63,980 nucleotides of DNA, filler included, from Diploschistes diacapsis (GCA_023645945.1; 5 parts of 5 records of this genome joined end to end with filler, not necessarily neighbours in it), one strand, 5' to 3'; shown: positions 1-12,892, numbered from the whole stretch's first letter. Notes: a model not told the origin generated them from the letters alone. Made by a program: numbers and translations.

Positions 1-1337
1 CCCTTGTCCCCTTCCCCGGCCCTCTCCCCTCTCACACCGTCTCCAGGCCTGATCCGCTTCCAACCCACCTCCACCCCCACCAGCATCCTCATCGGCCAAC
101 CCACGTCCGCGAGCCTCGACATCGGCACCGCGCTCCTCCCCTCCTCCACTTCCAGCTCGCCCGTGACCGCCACCGTGTTCAGCGGCAGCTCGATCCTGCG
201 GCCCGGCACGCCCACCTCGACCATGGAGACCGTGCACGCGATCCTCTCGCCGCTCTCGGCCGCTGAGCTGGGCGGCGGCTGCATCCGCTGCATCGGGCTC
301 AACTACCGCGCGCACGCGGCCGAAGCCAAGATGGACGTGCCGGCCGTGCCGCCGCTGTTCCTCAAGCCGGCCACCGCGCTGGCCCATCCCTGGCCCACCG
401 CCACCGTGCCGCTGGCCAGGCAGTCGGTCGAGACCGGCTCCGGCGACTACGAGAGCGAGCTCGCCGTCGTGCTGGGCACCGAGGCCCGCAACGTGTCCGA
501 GGAGGACGCCATGGCCTACGTTCTCGGCTACACCGCCGCCAACGATGTCAGCTGTCGCGCGGCCCAGTTCGAGCAGAGCCAGTTTTGCTATTCCAAGGGG
601 TTCGATGGCGGGTGTCCGCTTGGTCAGTTTTTCTGCTCCTTTCTTTCCTTCTGTTTTTGTTCAAGTGGGGGAAAGGGGGGGCGGGTTTCTCATTCTCGAG
701 CTGGGATATGTAGGAGAGCGGAAGAGGACTTCTCTGGAGGTTTACTACATTGATAGTCTTTTTTTGGTAGTTCCCCCGAGTTGGCGGAAGAAGTGCGGGC
801 GGGATTACAAGGGCGAAGCTGGAGCGTGGCGAAAAGCAGCATTTTATACGTGTCCAGGTAAGAAAGAGGAGCTCAAAATCCTGACAACCCATTCCAGGCC
901 CCACGCTCGTGTCAACTTCCGCGGTCCCGGATCCTAAAGAATTCAAAGTGCGCGGGTTGAAGAATGGCAAGGAAATGCAGCCGCCGACGCCGATCAGGTG
1001 GGTCACACATATGCCAACGTCCCACCTAACCTTTTCTCTCTCGCAGGGAAAAGTTTGCGTGAACATCGAGCTTTTTCAATAATCCCATATGAAAGATGCC
1101 AAGCTAATCGCCTTTGCCAACATGTACAGCGACCTCGTCTTCAGCATCCCTAAGCTGATCAGTTTCCTATCCCAATCCACCACGCTTCCGGCCGGCACCG
1201 TCATCCTCACGGGCACTCCGGCAGGCGTTGGATTCAAGAAAAATCCGCCGGAAACGCTCCGCGACGGCGACGTGTTTGCTGTAGAGATTCTGCCGCACAT
1301 CGGCACGCTCTATTCGAAGTTTGAGAACGAGAAGTGA
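1..1337 (+). CDS. Fumarylacetoacetate hydrolase (FAH/FAHD) family protein, 5'-truncated at window/contig start; exons <1-622, 898-997, 1130-1337
   Basis: Motifs IRCIGLNY..H..E, DYESELAVV, GYTAANDVS.R, KGFDGGCPLGP and GTVILTGTPAGVG. GT-AG introns 623-897 and 998-1129 join the pieces in frame. Confidence 0.9.
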
Positions 1338-1617
1338 ACGACTAGTTGTGCAGAGCACCGGACGGATTGGCAAAAGGCTGGGCACAGAGTTAGGGTCATG
1401 GCTACAATTTGATCAGCGGTGGGTGGTGGTGCGCAAGGCACTTACAACTATCCAAGAATTTTGAGCTTTCTATGAACGACATGATGACACTTGGTCCTGC
1501 GAAGCACAGCAGCGAAGTTGCAACGTCTCTTTCTGAAGCGTAGCCTTGAGAATCCACTGTCAAGCTTTGTTTGGACTTCAAGCATGATAAACCGCAGTCG
1601 TAAAAGCATCCCATATT

Positions 1618-3889
1618 CTACCGGCTCAAAGAGATCCAGTTCTGAACAACACCTTCCATCTCTAGCGCGATACCCCATTGCCTCCCTACGGAGTGCAGAT
1701 ACTTCCGCATTGATTCCAGGTCCTGCAGAATGTAGTGTGTGGTACCTGGCGAGGTTAAGTTTCCTCCATGGATAAACTCTCTTGCGCCTGTGCTATTGGT
1801 AGGCTTCGAGAGTTCACCGAGTATGATGCTCGGATCGACATCGACAAACAAAACATCTTGCCAGTCTACGGTTGGGGGAACATCGATTGCTCTGAGACCT
1901 CCAAGGGCAAACGCCCCGAAAACGGCCGAGGCTGAAAAGAGAGAGCTGGGTAAATGGATCGTGTATGGTTGATCGGCTCGAATTTGCTGAACAGTGTCGA
2001 GGATGGCCACTGCGTGCAACAGGGCCGTGCGTCCGTCTCTGGTGGTGGGCCAGTCCAAAAGTTCAGATGGTTCGATATCCGCCCCCTCAACAATGGATTG
2101 CTCAATATTATACTGGTGGCATATGGCTCCCCATAGCACAGAAGAACCTATAGTGAGTTCAAGACAGACGGTGTGCCAGCGCAATAGAAGTTCCAGACAT
2201 TGTGGCTCTTGGAGTCGTTGCATTTGGGTTACGTTATCATGCACTTGGATAAGCGCTCGCTTCGTATCGGACTGTGCCCATATGCCGAATGTTGTGACTT
2301 CTTCCTGTGCACAATCCAGCACGGACGATTGTAGCCGGGAGAGAACTGTGTGCAAAGACAGTGATGAAAGCGTGGATGGTGGATAACTCAGGCCAGGCGA
2401 CGCAGAGAACACAACAGAGAACACATCTTTCAAGGGGTGAGACTCCTTTTCTTGTGTACCATGCATCCGTACCAGCCAATCACTGGCGGTATCATTATCG
2501 AAGAGGTCGTCGCTGCATGGAGCGCTTAGCATATCCATCATGCTATAGACGGGTGCTGGCCGCCCCAGCATTTGAGCGTCAAGACCGTCCAAGACATAGT
2601 AGCCCGACAAAACTCGAGTTTTGATCTCTCTGGCTAACCAGTATCTCCATAGCTGATGCTTTTCATCGTCTGAAGCGTCTGCTGCAGGAATGGCGCTGTT
2701 GGGAGCAAGTCCGCTATCGAGGATACCGCAATTCTCCGCCCAGGCGAGACTTGCGTCGCTTAGGCCTCGGCTTGATTCTCGAATCGACTGCTTGCTTGAC
2801 AACATGCCATAGATGCGGCACAACAACACCGTGATCCCAAGCTGCACGCCGTTGGTTAGGTCGTATGGTCCCTGATGAACGAGCAGTGAATGCCAGTTGG
2901 CCTTTATTAGTGCATGGGCTAGGTCCCACAGCATTTCGCCTCTCGCTCTCGAACCCTGCTTCTCCATATACAGAGAACCGATAGCCATAGCGCTCAGTAG
3001 TATGGGAGGGGTGTATTCCTGGAACACGAAAGTCGCACGATGAAGTACGGGCAAAGTCGATACAAATCGCTCGAAGAAAATGTTGAGGCATCTATCGAGA
3101 AATGCAGGCGGAAAGGCGCCGTACTTGACTGCGGTCATAGTCGCCAGAAAGATGTTCGAGTGCACCGTTTGCATTCCGTCCATGTGGTAAGAACTGCTTT
3201 CCGCCGAGGCAATGGGCTGTGGATAAGGCTCATGGAAGAAGGGCGGGGCAAGCTCTTTCTTATCGTTCACATAGGAAAGTGGTGGGGGAAAAGGATCGGT
3301 ATTCGACTGGTCGTTCACGGATAAAGCGGTCTCAATGAGGAACTCACATTCGGGCCATACAAGTTCATAGGGAGATTCACCATCGACAGGCATCTCGAGA
3401 AATGCGCTTGCGTCTTCCCAATATCGGTCTCCTTGAGTCCATACTCCCTCTGCCGACTGTACTGACTTGGCACTATCGGCACTTTCACCATCGTTTTGCG
3501 GATGACCGCCTGTAGTCATCGGACCAAGCACTGCTGCGGTAGATCCCCTTCTCTGCGTGGGGACCGAATCGCCCTTCCGTACATGGATAGCATCATGGCG
3601 TATCAGCGAATCATGCCGTGAGAAAGCTCTCTGGCAAACCTGACATACGAAAGGCTTTTGGCCAGTGTCTGAGAGAAGAACAAGTGGTCAGTTATTGACC
3701 CAGCCAATACGGTCTGGACTATTCTCACGGCTTCTCTCGTGTCTCTGCTTACTCGGATCAGTGACTGTATGACCCTCAGGATGCTGCGCTTCAAACCTTT
3801 AGGTGCTCGGTTTTGTGAAATGTTCTGCTGCACGTTCTACATTCTAGCCTTCGCTTCGGGGCCAAGCCTCGAGCGGTATTGTTCATCAT
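1618..3889 (-). CDS. Transcription factor with two C2H2 zinc fingers and a fungal-specific TF domain; exons 3889-3797, 3744-3729 (16-nt microexon), 3668-1618
   Basis: Spliced N-terminus MMNNTARGLAPKRRLECRTCSRTFHKTEHLK|RHERSH|TGQKPFVCQVCQRAFSRHDSLIRH runs in frame into the 637-aa ORF, which has a FF.RF...LPVLH.ATF Fungal_trans-type motif. Confidence 0.88.
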
Positions 3890-4839
3890 TTCTAGGAAAC
3901 TTCACAGCCAACGCCGCAGAGCAAGCGAGGGAATAGTCTGTAAACAGCCAATTTTTCTCATCCGGAAGGTACAAATATACACTCGTGGTGTTTGATAATG
4001 GACGTGTACGATATCAATGGCAGTGTGACGTTGATTGCACACAACCGAGTTTCGCCCTCTGCCTTGGCTAATTCCGGCCCTACCCGGAGAAAAGAAAGCC
4101 TCACCTAGCATATTGGCTTGACTAGTATTCAAAATCGCGATACATTCATCGCTTTCGAAACCATGAAGCTGATTGTGAGAAGGGTGCTCGAAGACTCTAC
4201 ATCGTCAGGCATTCAAGGTGACAGTATTTGTGGATATGTCCCCACAACCCATCACCGGCAGCGAGTGGCCCTTGTGTGGGGCATGATGGTACGCTTCTTC
4301 TTCCTCAACGTCCAAGTGCTTCGTTGAAGAGGGCATGATAACAATTTTCTGCTCAATCGCATACGAAACGGACAATCAGCCAGTGTTTGTGGGTCTTCCT
4401 GGCCATAGTGGTCAAGCTGTTCCCTATTCATACCCCGGGAATATCTACGAATTATCCATTGGGCACACCGAGTGAGAATAGGAAACCTGCCTTGCCCGAA
4501 GTACTCGAGGGCTGTATCCCTTCTGCGGACTTGCCCGGCTCTGTACAATACGATAATTAAGAGTGAGAAGTGGGTAATCGATGGTACTACAAAATTTGCC
4601 GCATTTTTCTGCTTCTTCGTATCTCCATAGTAGGTACTGGTAGTCTATCGACAATGTAGTTAGGGGGAAGGGTGAGTGGGGATCACGGTGGTAGCGGCAA
4701 GTATTGGATATTAGAATCGCCAACTCTCCCATCGCCGACATCAATGAATCATCAGGCTTGCGATAAAACAAATAGCTATAGCGGTACAGCGAAATAAGAG
4801 ACCAGAAGCCTTGCCCCGATCACTTGGACAAAATTTCAT

Positions 4840-6550
4840 CAGGCATCTGCTCAGTTTCGCACCCATTTACTAGATCTGAATTTCTCCAAGGTTCTAGACA
4901 GCGAAGCATCAAAGCCCATACGAGTATACGAGAGGCTTCAATGAAAAGCATGTTCCTCCTTGGCTTTAAATCTCACGCAAACCTGGGAACAACTACTGGC
5001 TGAGCCGTATAAAGGAGTAACGAGGTGGTATACAATGCCAAATTATATACACTGGGGCAAGGGCAGAGTACTGAAGTGATTTCAGAGAATATTATACAGA
5101 GTTTATTCCAAAGACAAGACGAATGTGTAGAGGTTGGCAAGATCACAACAGCTGCTCGGAAATATCTCGACTCCGGTTCTTCACAACAAAGCCAGACCCT
5201 TCAGTATGCAATCAAGGGCAAAGGAATGGAGGGCCTGGCCAGATCCAGACTTCCTTCTGCGGCGCCTTGGACTTCGGCTTGAGGAGCTTGATCAAGCTGT
5301 CATTGGCAATGTCCTTGCGGTGATCGAAGCCACCTTGTTCAGTTCCTGGGCAACATTTGTGAGATGCCGCGGATCATGAACCAGTATTCCTACAACTTCC
5401 TCCTTTTCGGCACGTCGTCGACAACTAAGGTTTGGGGCGAGTCACTATATGGACACCACTTACAGTACTATGCCAAAAGTAGTTAGGTCCCCCCCATTTC
5501 TCACCAAAAAAGTCCCTTTTTTAGCCCCTATATCTCTGCGAAAACGTTTTTAAAAATTAAAAAAAAAAACAAGAGCCTTTTAAAAGCTTCAAATATTCAT
5601 TCGCTTTTTTTTCAAAAATTTTTACATTTTCCTGGGGGCCGCAAGATGCGACTGAAAAAAGCGAGGGTACAGTTACCGCGCCGTAACCGCGATTTTTGGC
5701 GGGGACCATTTTTCTTAAATGTTTAACCGCATATTAGGCACTCAAGAAATTGTTATAAAAATTTCGTAAAAGATCTCTTGTACATAAACGCTCTTAAAGT
5801 TCTTTATAAAGCTTTAAATTTCCGATTTGGCACATTGCTGGGGAAGAAGTTTGGGTACAAAGTTGATCGATTTTGGTGAGATATGGGGGGGACCTAACTA
5901 CTTTTGGCACCTGACTGTATGTCTCAATACTTTTCTTAAAGGCCGCAGGTCGTCATCTCCCCTATCTTCACCAGAGCCGAGCCAAACCCGATCCACAATA
6001 GGGAGTTCTCCAGTACAGAGATTATGCAGCACGAAGGCTTATTAGGCTTGAAGCTCACGCAAAATTTGCCAGCAGAATTGAAACAACAAACCCAGACATT
6101 CAAGCTCATGAAAGACCCTGGCATGAAGCAGATTGGTGACTTGACGACCACGGATCGGTGGAACCAAGACGACCAGCGACATCTCTGCGGAGCGTTCCGG
6201 GATAATCGGGTAGTACCATATGAGGGTATTAGTGTCGGCAACCTTGATTCGGAGCAGCAGCAACTCGTTCTTGATATCGCGGAGCAGTTTTCCTCTATTA
6301 TCCAAGCAGACGCGGGAGATGAAGAAAACACAGATCAAAGATCAATTCCAGGAGACTTACTTCAGCTGGATAGGAGGTACTATTTCCGCATTCGGAGCCC
6401 GGTCATCATATTCGAGTTTGATCACCATTCAGGAGTGTTTCTCACGAACACGGAGCCAGCAAAGTTCCACATTCACAGCGTTGTTAGAACATCGAATGCA
6501 GGTGATGACGGGAATGCGTTGAATGAGCCCTCCGAGAAACTGCAATATCT
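4840..6550 (+). pseudogene. DUF3500-family pseudogene interrupted by a MITE (ends approximate)
   Basis: Colinear fragments in shifting frames: VPPWL*, AEPYKGVT, EWRAWPDPDFLLRRLGLRLEEL, MNQYSYNFLLFG...LYGHHL|MITE|CLN, QRHLCGAFRDNRVVPYEG, YYFRIRSPVIIFEFDHHSGVFLTNTEPAKFHIH. Contains stops, frameshifts and apparent deletions. Family assigned from recalled motifs. Confidence 0.75.
5463..5917. mobile_element. 455-bp non-autonomous Tc1/mariner-type element (MITE) with CAGT...ACTG ends and TA target duplication
   Basis: 47-bp TIRs CAGTnnnnTGCCAAAAGTAGTTAGGTCCCCCCCAT(T/A)TCTCACCAAAA with 5 mismatches. TA at 5461-5462 and 5918-5919. AT-rich interior with no transposase. Confidence 0.9.
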
Positions 6551-7828
6551 TCCTCTCAATGCTTTCGCACCATCGGAGGTATCGAATCATCAGAACTCGA
6601 TAGCGACGTCAAGCGCTTCTGCGGTTAGGGGAAGGGAATCTGGGTTCAATCGTCTGTAGCGCTTCCTTGCGCCCGAGCACAATCGCAGCTCTTTTCGGGC
6701 TTCCCTTCCCTTTGAAGCGCATGTTCGTTGCAGAATTGCTGTGGTATATCTTGAGTCACCAATAGCTCTCCACAACTCTGTGGGCGTATCGAAGTCAGAA
6801 GCACCGAGGCACACCATGTAATAACAGCTCTCTTTTGCGACATTGGCCTCCCCGCCGAAGTGTTCCCAGGCAAAATGGTCGAAGACAATAGGAAGAGCTC
6901 CATCACAGGCTCTGATATACGACGTTGCTTCATATTTCTAGTAGTTGCTCGGTAGTTTTGCACCCATGATTGTTTACCCGATTTAGCGAGAGTTCAAACC
7001 TGCTTTGTTTTGTGGTGGTGGTGCATTGCTCAGTCAAGCCACAGCTGACAGCTGTCGATAGGGTCACCACGGCTGAATCACAACCAACATTTGCCCTGCT
7101 AGCTGTCAATATCTGACGCATGCGCGAGCAAAAAAAAGCCACGACGTGTGTTTCTGTAACCGCAGGAATGTTTATGCTCATGCATGACTTTGGCTTTTGA
7201 CGTTATCTTGATCACCTGCAGGAGGCATGAGATGCCATACTATGCGTCCCAGTACTGAATTACATACATAGGCGGTTTACGATCTGTTTCGAGAAAATGA
7301 AACAACAAAGACGCTCAAATTCATAAGGCTCTAGGCTTGAGGCTCGACAAGAAGGGCTTGGCGTGCATCAGGAAGATGAAAGGAAAACGAGTCTTTTACG
7401 ACTCGGCATTTTTACGGGATGGTCGGTAACTCTGATTGCGGCCCTGATTGCGGCCCAAATTGGTAGAGGATTATTATGCATCAGATTAGAAACAAGAAAA
7501 GGTAAATGAAAAGAAAAAGCAAACTCCAACAACCCCTGAGATGGGTAACTTAGGTTAACATAACAACAAATCCAAAATGACAGCTAGTAATAGTTAATGT
7601 TCCAAGATTGAGCGGGTCAGACCGTTTTCAGCTTAGCGACTTCACGCTACTCCAGGTACCCGCCAATTCTAGCCAATGAACTCAAGCCAAAGTGTGAGAT
7701 CCCTGACAGACAGCTTGGCACAAGTTCCCCCGTTTCCTTGAATATACAATAGTACGTTTTCTTAATCGTAATCCTCTATTTGGTTTGGTATTTGGGCGCT
7801 CGGTGGGCCCATTAATACATTCAATAGC

Positions 7829-7867
7829 TTACATTACCATTACATTACCATTACATTACCATTACAT
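7829..7867. repeat. 11-bp minisatellite (TTACATTACCA) x3.5
   Basis: Directly visible tandem repeat upstream of the WSC gene. Confidence 0.85.
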
Positions 7868-8475
7868 ACACAAAAGCTGCACTAAGCTGATTTGGAAGGC
7901 TCTCTCACAAAGCCCACGCCAAGTCCCTCCCTCTCCTGCCCCCATCCCATCATCTCCTCGCTTCTCTCACTTCCTCTTACTTCTCTTTTCTCCTCTAGGC
8001 TTGTTGAAATGATCCTACTACACTGTCGCTGCATCCAAGCAAACTTTCCCTCAACCACCCCGCCCCGTTCCTTTCGTTTATGCCACACAACATCCAAAGC
8101 CTTCACATTCTTTTCTTTGCTTTAATCTGCTGATAGATTTCGAATTCCGAATTTCGGTCGCTCTTTATTCTCACCCAGCACACGCAGCCCGCCCACGCAT
8201 CAGGTCGTGAGCAAGGATAGAGAGCAAATCCGCCGTCAAAATTCCTTCATTCTCTACGCCCCAATACATAGACACTTTGTGATTTCCATCATCTGCCTTT
8301 TTCGAATCTCCACGAGCAGGCCTCTGCATCCTCCGGAGACGATAGAAAAAGCTGCCTTGTGGTATTCATCAAAGTGCAAGAGACGGGGAAGCCACATATT
8401 CCGAAGGTCCCCCAATCTAAGAGTCTGCACACTCCCTTTCTGGCTTCGCTGTCGGAAAAGAACACATTCTCAATA

Positions 8476-9492
8476 ATGAAGTCAATACTCACACCAGCCG
8501 TTCTGGCTGCCACTTTCCTCGCTGTCACAGCCTTTGGCCAAGCTACTCCCACGGATGACACCGATGGACAACCTACTGTTAGCCCTGCCGCCGGCTTGAC
8601 GATGAGAACGCCAAAATCTCTGGGATGCTACTCGGGCCCAGGTGATATGATCGATATGGGACCTTATACATTCCAAGCCATGGGATGGTGTCAGCCTCTC
8701 TGCATCCGTATTGCCAAACCATACCTCGCCTTCGTCAACGGAACGAATTGCTTCTGTGGAGATAATCCGCCATCATCAAACAACCAGGTCGACCCCAAGA
8801 ACTGTCAAGTGCCTTGTCAGGGTTTTCCCGCCGATACTTGTAAGCCCTCCGTCATTCTTCAGCCTAGCACCTATTGATTTAACGTAGGCGGTGGTACAAA
8901 TAACTGGGCCATCTACAGCGACGGTTTCCAGAACGGTGATCCTACCGGTCTCGTTCAAATCAACGTTCCTACGCAGACACCCCCAGCTGCCGTTGATGTG
9001 TCGAGTCCAACCACATCGTCTCAGATCTATGCTACTACCGCTGTCATTACCCAATCTGGGGGTAAGACCGTTCAGACCGTCGTCATGGTTACAGAAACCG
9101 CCCCCGCCCAAGCTGCGCCTTCTGCCAGCACTGGTGGTCCGAACAAGGTTGCCATTGCGGTGGGTGTTGTCGTTGCTGTCATTGGGGTCGCCATCGTCAT
9201 TGGAGCACTCTTTTTCTGGATGCGATATCGCAAGAACAAGGCCATCGAAGAAGAACGCAGACGACACCAGATGATGACCAATTTAGTGACAGGTGAAAAG
9301 CCTGGAAGCTCATACTCGCTAGGAGACTCGAGGCTTGATCAAGGCGTCATGTTTCAAAGAAGACAGAGCGATGGAAGCATCGCTGACAATGAGGACTATT
9401 CCAGAAGGATACTGAAGGTCAGCACAGAGACATTCAAAGATACTGTCCGAGGCTGACAGTCGATTTAGGTTACGAACCCAGATGATCGGTAG
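8476..9492 (+). CDS. WSC-domain type I membrane cell-wall stress sensor (Wsc1/Slg1-like); exons 8476-8839, 8888-9417, 9469-9492
   Basis: Signal peptide, WSC cysteine pattern (GCY...C...C...NG.NCFCG...C.VPC.G.P...CGG), Ser/Thr-rich stalk, one TM helix, and the cytoplasmic tail DSRLD...SIADNEDYSRRILKVTNPD. Confidence 0.92.
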
Positions 9493-10489
9493 TTCACCCG
9501 ACTACCTGTCCATACGCATCATCTACACATGCATCCCCCCCCCTTTACAAACTTGCACCCCATTCAACTATTCAATTTTACTCTCCACATCTGGACATCC
9601 CCTTTTCGATTTAGCGTTTCTCGGGTTCATCAAACCCACCATTGACTGCAACTTCTTGATAGCGGGCAGTCACTAGGGCTAGGTGTACTGGAGCAACCAG
9701 CCATGTAAATGAAGGCACAAGGCGTGGAATTTGGGCGATACTGGTCTAAGAACTGGTCGGCATAAAAGGTTCTTCACCCTGTGCGTTTGCAGAGCATAAA
9801 GAAACAGATGGAAGCAGTTCTGAAGAAGACCGTATTATGTTCCGATAACGAATGCCATGAATACTCAACTGCAGATCATTACCGGCTTGCATGGGGAACG
9901 ACTGGAGCTTTGTTCTATCAAGACCCATCGACGAGTCGATTTTGCTGCCATTGAAGTGTCTGTTGCCCTTTCGCTATACGGCCACTTTACCTTGCTGTGC
10001 ATTGTGAACGTACTGTATAGCTTAGGGCTTTTTGTCGAATACTGACCATCCTTCCTCACTTCCCTTATGCAAGCAAGCTAGGTTCCAAGCAAAAGACTAG
10101 TAGAATGCCGTCCCTCGTACAAATGAATAAATGGCTTTCACGTTCTGGTCAGGTTTCAGCTATGATTCCTTGGCCTGAGTGACGGTTATTTCTGATTTCC
10201 GTAAACCGCATCTAGTACTGTCGACAGTATTTCTACCTTCGAAACTCAGCACTCTTCCCGAGCATTGCCTTCCCTCGTCCTCATACCCGACTGTCTAAAG
10301 TTACCCAACCCGGAGCTGCTCTGATATTATTTCGAACCCCTCAGTCGCCTACGTTACGGACTGCTTCGACTACACTACCTCCAACCTTTTTTGGCGTCAT
10401 TTCCCGTCAGCCAAGTTTTTGGGCCTCCCAAATCTTTCATTCTCCTTCACAGAGTTCTCTTGCTGCTTGGATCCTCTTTTCCAGGCACA

Positions 10490-11203
10490 ATGTCCCGCAG
10501 AGCAGGAGCGGGCGCCAGTGACAAGGCTGTTTCGAGCGTGAGCCAGGGGGCTAATGGGGGTGTGAAGGACTGTGAGTTTCTACACGATTCACCTATCGCT
10601 TTGTGGACGCCGTGGGCTCTGGCCTTGGAAACCCTTTCAACATATGGAGTATATGACTGATGCGCGCATCTTCTCTAGGTCAAGACAAGCAGAAAATGTT
10701 ACTCGAACAGGATGTTGGACATTTCTCTATGATCCGGTATGTCTACTGCTGGGCGAAACGCAGGAAGGAAGACACCAGGAATATCAAGAGCAAGGCCGTG
10801 CTAACCGGCATCCTCTGAGCACAGTGCGCTACATCTGGCTGATTTGATCACGGCAATGAATGGTGCGTCCACTCTCCTTTTTCTTCCACCGACAGTCCTT
10901 TTCGGCACCAAAGGTTCCATCATGTCCAATAGCTCACATAGCTTCGTGTCCCCAACAGGCTTCTGCGGCTTCATGTCCATTCTCTCCGCCATGCGCTACT
11001 GCCTCGGCCCTCCCTCGGACCTAGGAAGCATGTGGGTCGCGCTGGGCTTCATGCCCTTTGGCCTCTTCTTCGACTTCATGGACGGCAAAGTCGCCCGATG
11101 GCGGCACAAGAGCAGTCTAATGGGCCAGGAGCTGGACAGTCTAGCGGATCTCGTAAGCAACACAACCCCTTCCCCCTCCTCGCCCCTCACCTTCCTTTAC
11201 GCT

Positions 11204-11234
<31 letters not shown>

Positions 11235-11665
11235 CCACCACCACAACTTCCCCTTTCTTTTTTCCCATGCGTTAACGCTGCGCTCTCTTCCTCAAGGTCT
11301 CCTTTGGCGTCGCCCCCGCCGCCTCCGCCTTCGCGCTCGGCCTCCGCAGCGCGCTCGACACGCTACTCCTATCCTTCTTCGTGCTGTGCGCCCTCACGCG
11401 CCTCGCACGCTTCAACGTCACCGTCTCCTCCCTGCCCAAAGACGCGGCGGGCAAGTCGAAGTACTTCGAGGGCTTCCCCGCGCCGACGAGCCTGTCGATC
11501 GTCGCGATGATGGCATATTGTTTGTTCCAGGGGTCGGTGCTGGAAAGGGTACCCGGCGGAGCCCTGGCGGCAGGGACGCTGCTAGAGGTGCATCCGGCCG
11601 TGGGCGTGTTCGTGGCGTGGGGCTGTGCGATGGTCAGTCGGACGGTTAGGGTGCCCAAGCCGTAG
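10490..11665 (+). CDS. CHO1: CDP-diacylglycerol--serine O-phosphatidyltransferase (phosphatidylserine synthase), 5 exons
   Basis: CDP-alcohol phosphatidyltransferase motif [11 protein letters not shown]...[11 protein letters not shown], plus RLARFNV, KYFEG.P.P and the C-terminal VPKP. Confidence 0.93.
11204..11247. repeat. (CAA)n/(CAC)n microsatellite in the last CHO1 intron
   Basis: Directly visible trinucleotide run. Confidence 0.9.
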
Positions 11666-12792
11666 GTGGGCTGTAGGCTCGAGGGAGAGGGGAGGCGGGA
11701 GGCGGTGTGGGTTACTAGTTGCATGGATTTGGGGTGGAGTAGAGAGCGGACGATGTCTTGGAAGGGTAACTGGGCTTGCGGAGCTCAAGCATAAATACGA
11801 CGAGGCAAGCGCCAACTCACGCTACAGCAATCTCGGGGCAGGATTTGCCTGTAGCGTTTTATATTATGCCGTTGACCTGTTCCCTGGCTGCATCCGTGCC
11901 TTCTAGTTTTAATCGACTGACCGAGGCCTGTTGCCGAGTTCGGGGGCGTACACAACCTCGCTTACCCTGTAGACTGCAAGGAGTGCACGCTTAGGGGAAA
12001 GCCTTGGATTTCGTACGCCATTCGCTGACGGGGAATCCTCTGTCCTTAAATCACCCATACCTGCATTTGAAATGACTACATCTGGACAAGACCATGTTCC
12101 TCGTCGCTCAGCTCAGCTCGTCATTCCTCCACTCTCAATCCTACCTACCTACCTACCTACCCACTATTCAAAACGATCTCTATATACCAGAACTCACTTT
12201 CCCACGTTACTTGCATCCCCCCGGGCCGTGGGAGGGGCGGGGAAGGGGGTTGAATGCAAGCAAAAGTCAAAAGGGCAACGGTACGGGGATGTATAGGTAA
12301 AGTTACACACACGTAACGGGGGGAAGGGGGAACCCAAAAAAAAAAAAGGGTCCCACCAGAAAAAAAGAATTCCCAGCTAATCTTCAAGGCCTATCTAACA
12401 TGCTACGACAACAACAACAACAACGACTTATCGGGCGAACCAAAACCTTTTCAAAAAAAAAAAAAGAGTAGACCGTTGTGCTTCTATTTGCTCTTCTCGT
12501 TTCTTGCTGGAGCAGGATGAGGATGGAGACGTTTTTCGTCGGGGCAGAGAGAGAGATCAGGAAGCGCGGGCGCATTTCAATGTAAACAACCCATTCCCCC
12601 CATATCTCGAGGAGAGGCAGGCGCGCGGGGGAGATGGAACGGATACAACATCAATAAGGCAAGGAAAGGCAAGGTGAGGTGAGGTGAGGTCAGACAAAAT
12701 AGATACTTATACTTTGCCCCGTTTTTGAAACTGTATCTTCAAAAGTTTTAGCAAAGCACAGGGCGGGCGGCTGCCCCCCTCCCCTCGGGGAT

Positions 12793-12892
12793 NNNNNNNN
12801 NNNNNNNNNNNNNNNNNNNNNNNNNNNNNNNNNNNNTTAATTAATTAANNNNNNNNNNNNNNNNNNNNNNNNNNNNNNNNNNNNNNNNNNNN
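12793..12892. other. Artificial contig spacer N44-TTAATTAATTAA-N44
   Basis: All-frame stop linker flanked by Ns, identical to three other spacers in the window. Confidence 0.97.

Noticed and set aside
4200..4780. Short ORFs between the transcription factor and the DUF3500 relic as an extra cluster gene
   Set aside because: No recognisable motif or consistent splice structure on either strand.
7432..7456. 12-bp direct duplication CTGATTGCGGCC x2
   Set aside because: Only two units with no spacers or context; an ordinary slippage duplication, not CRISPR-like.
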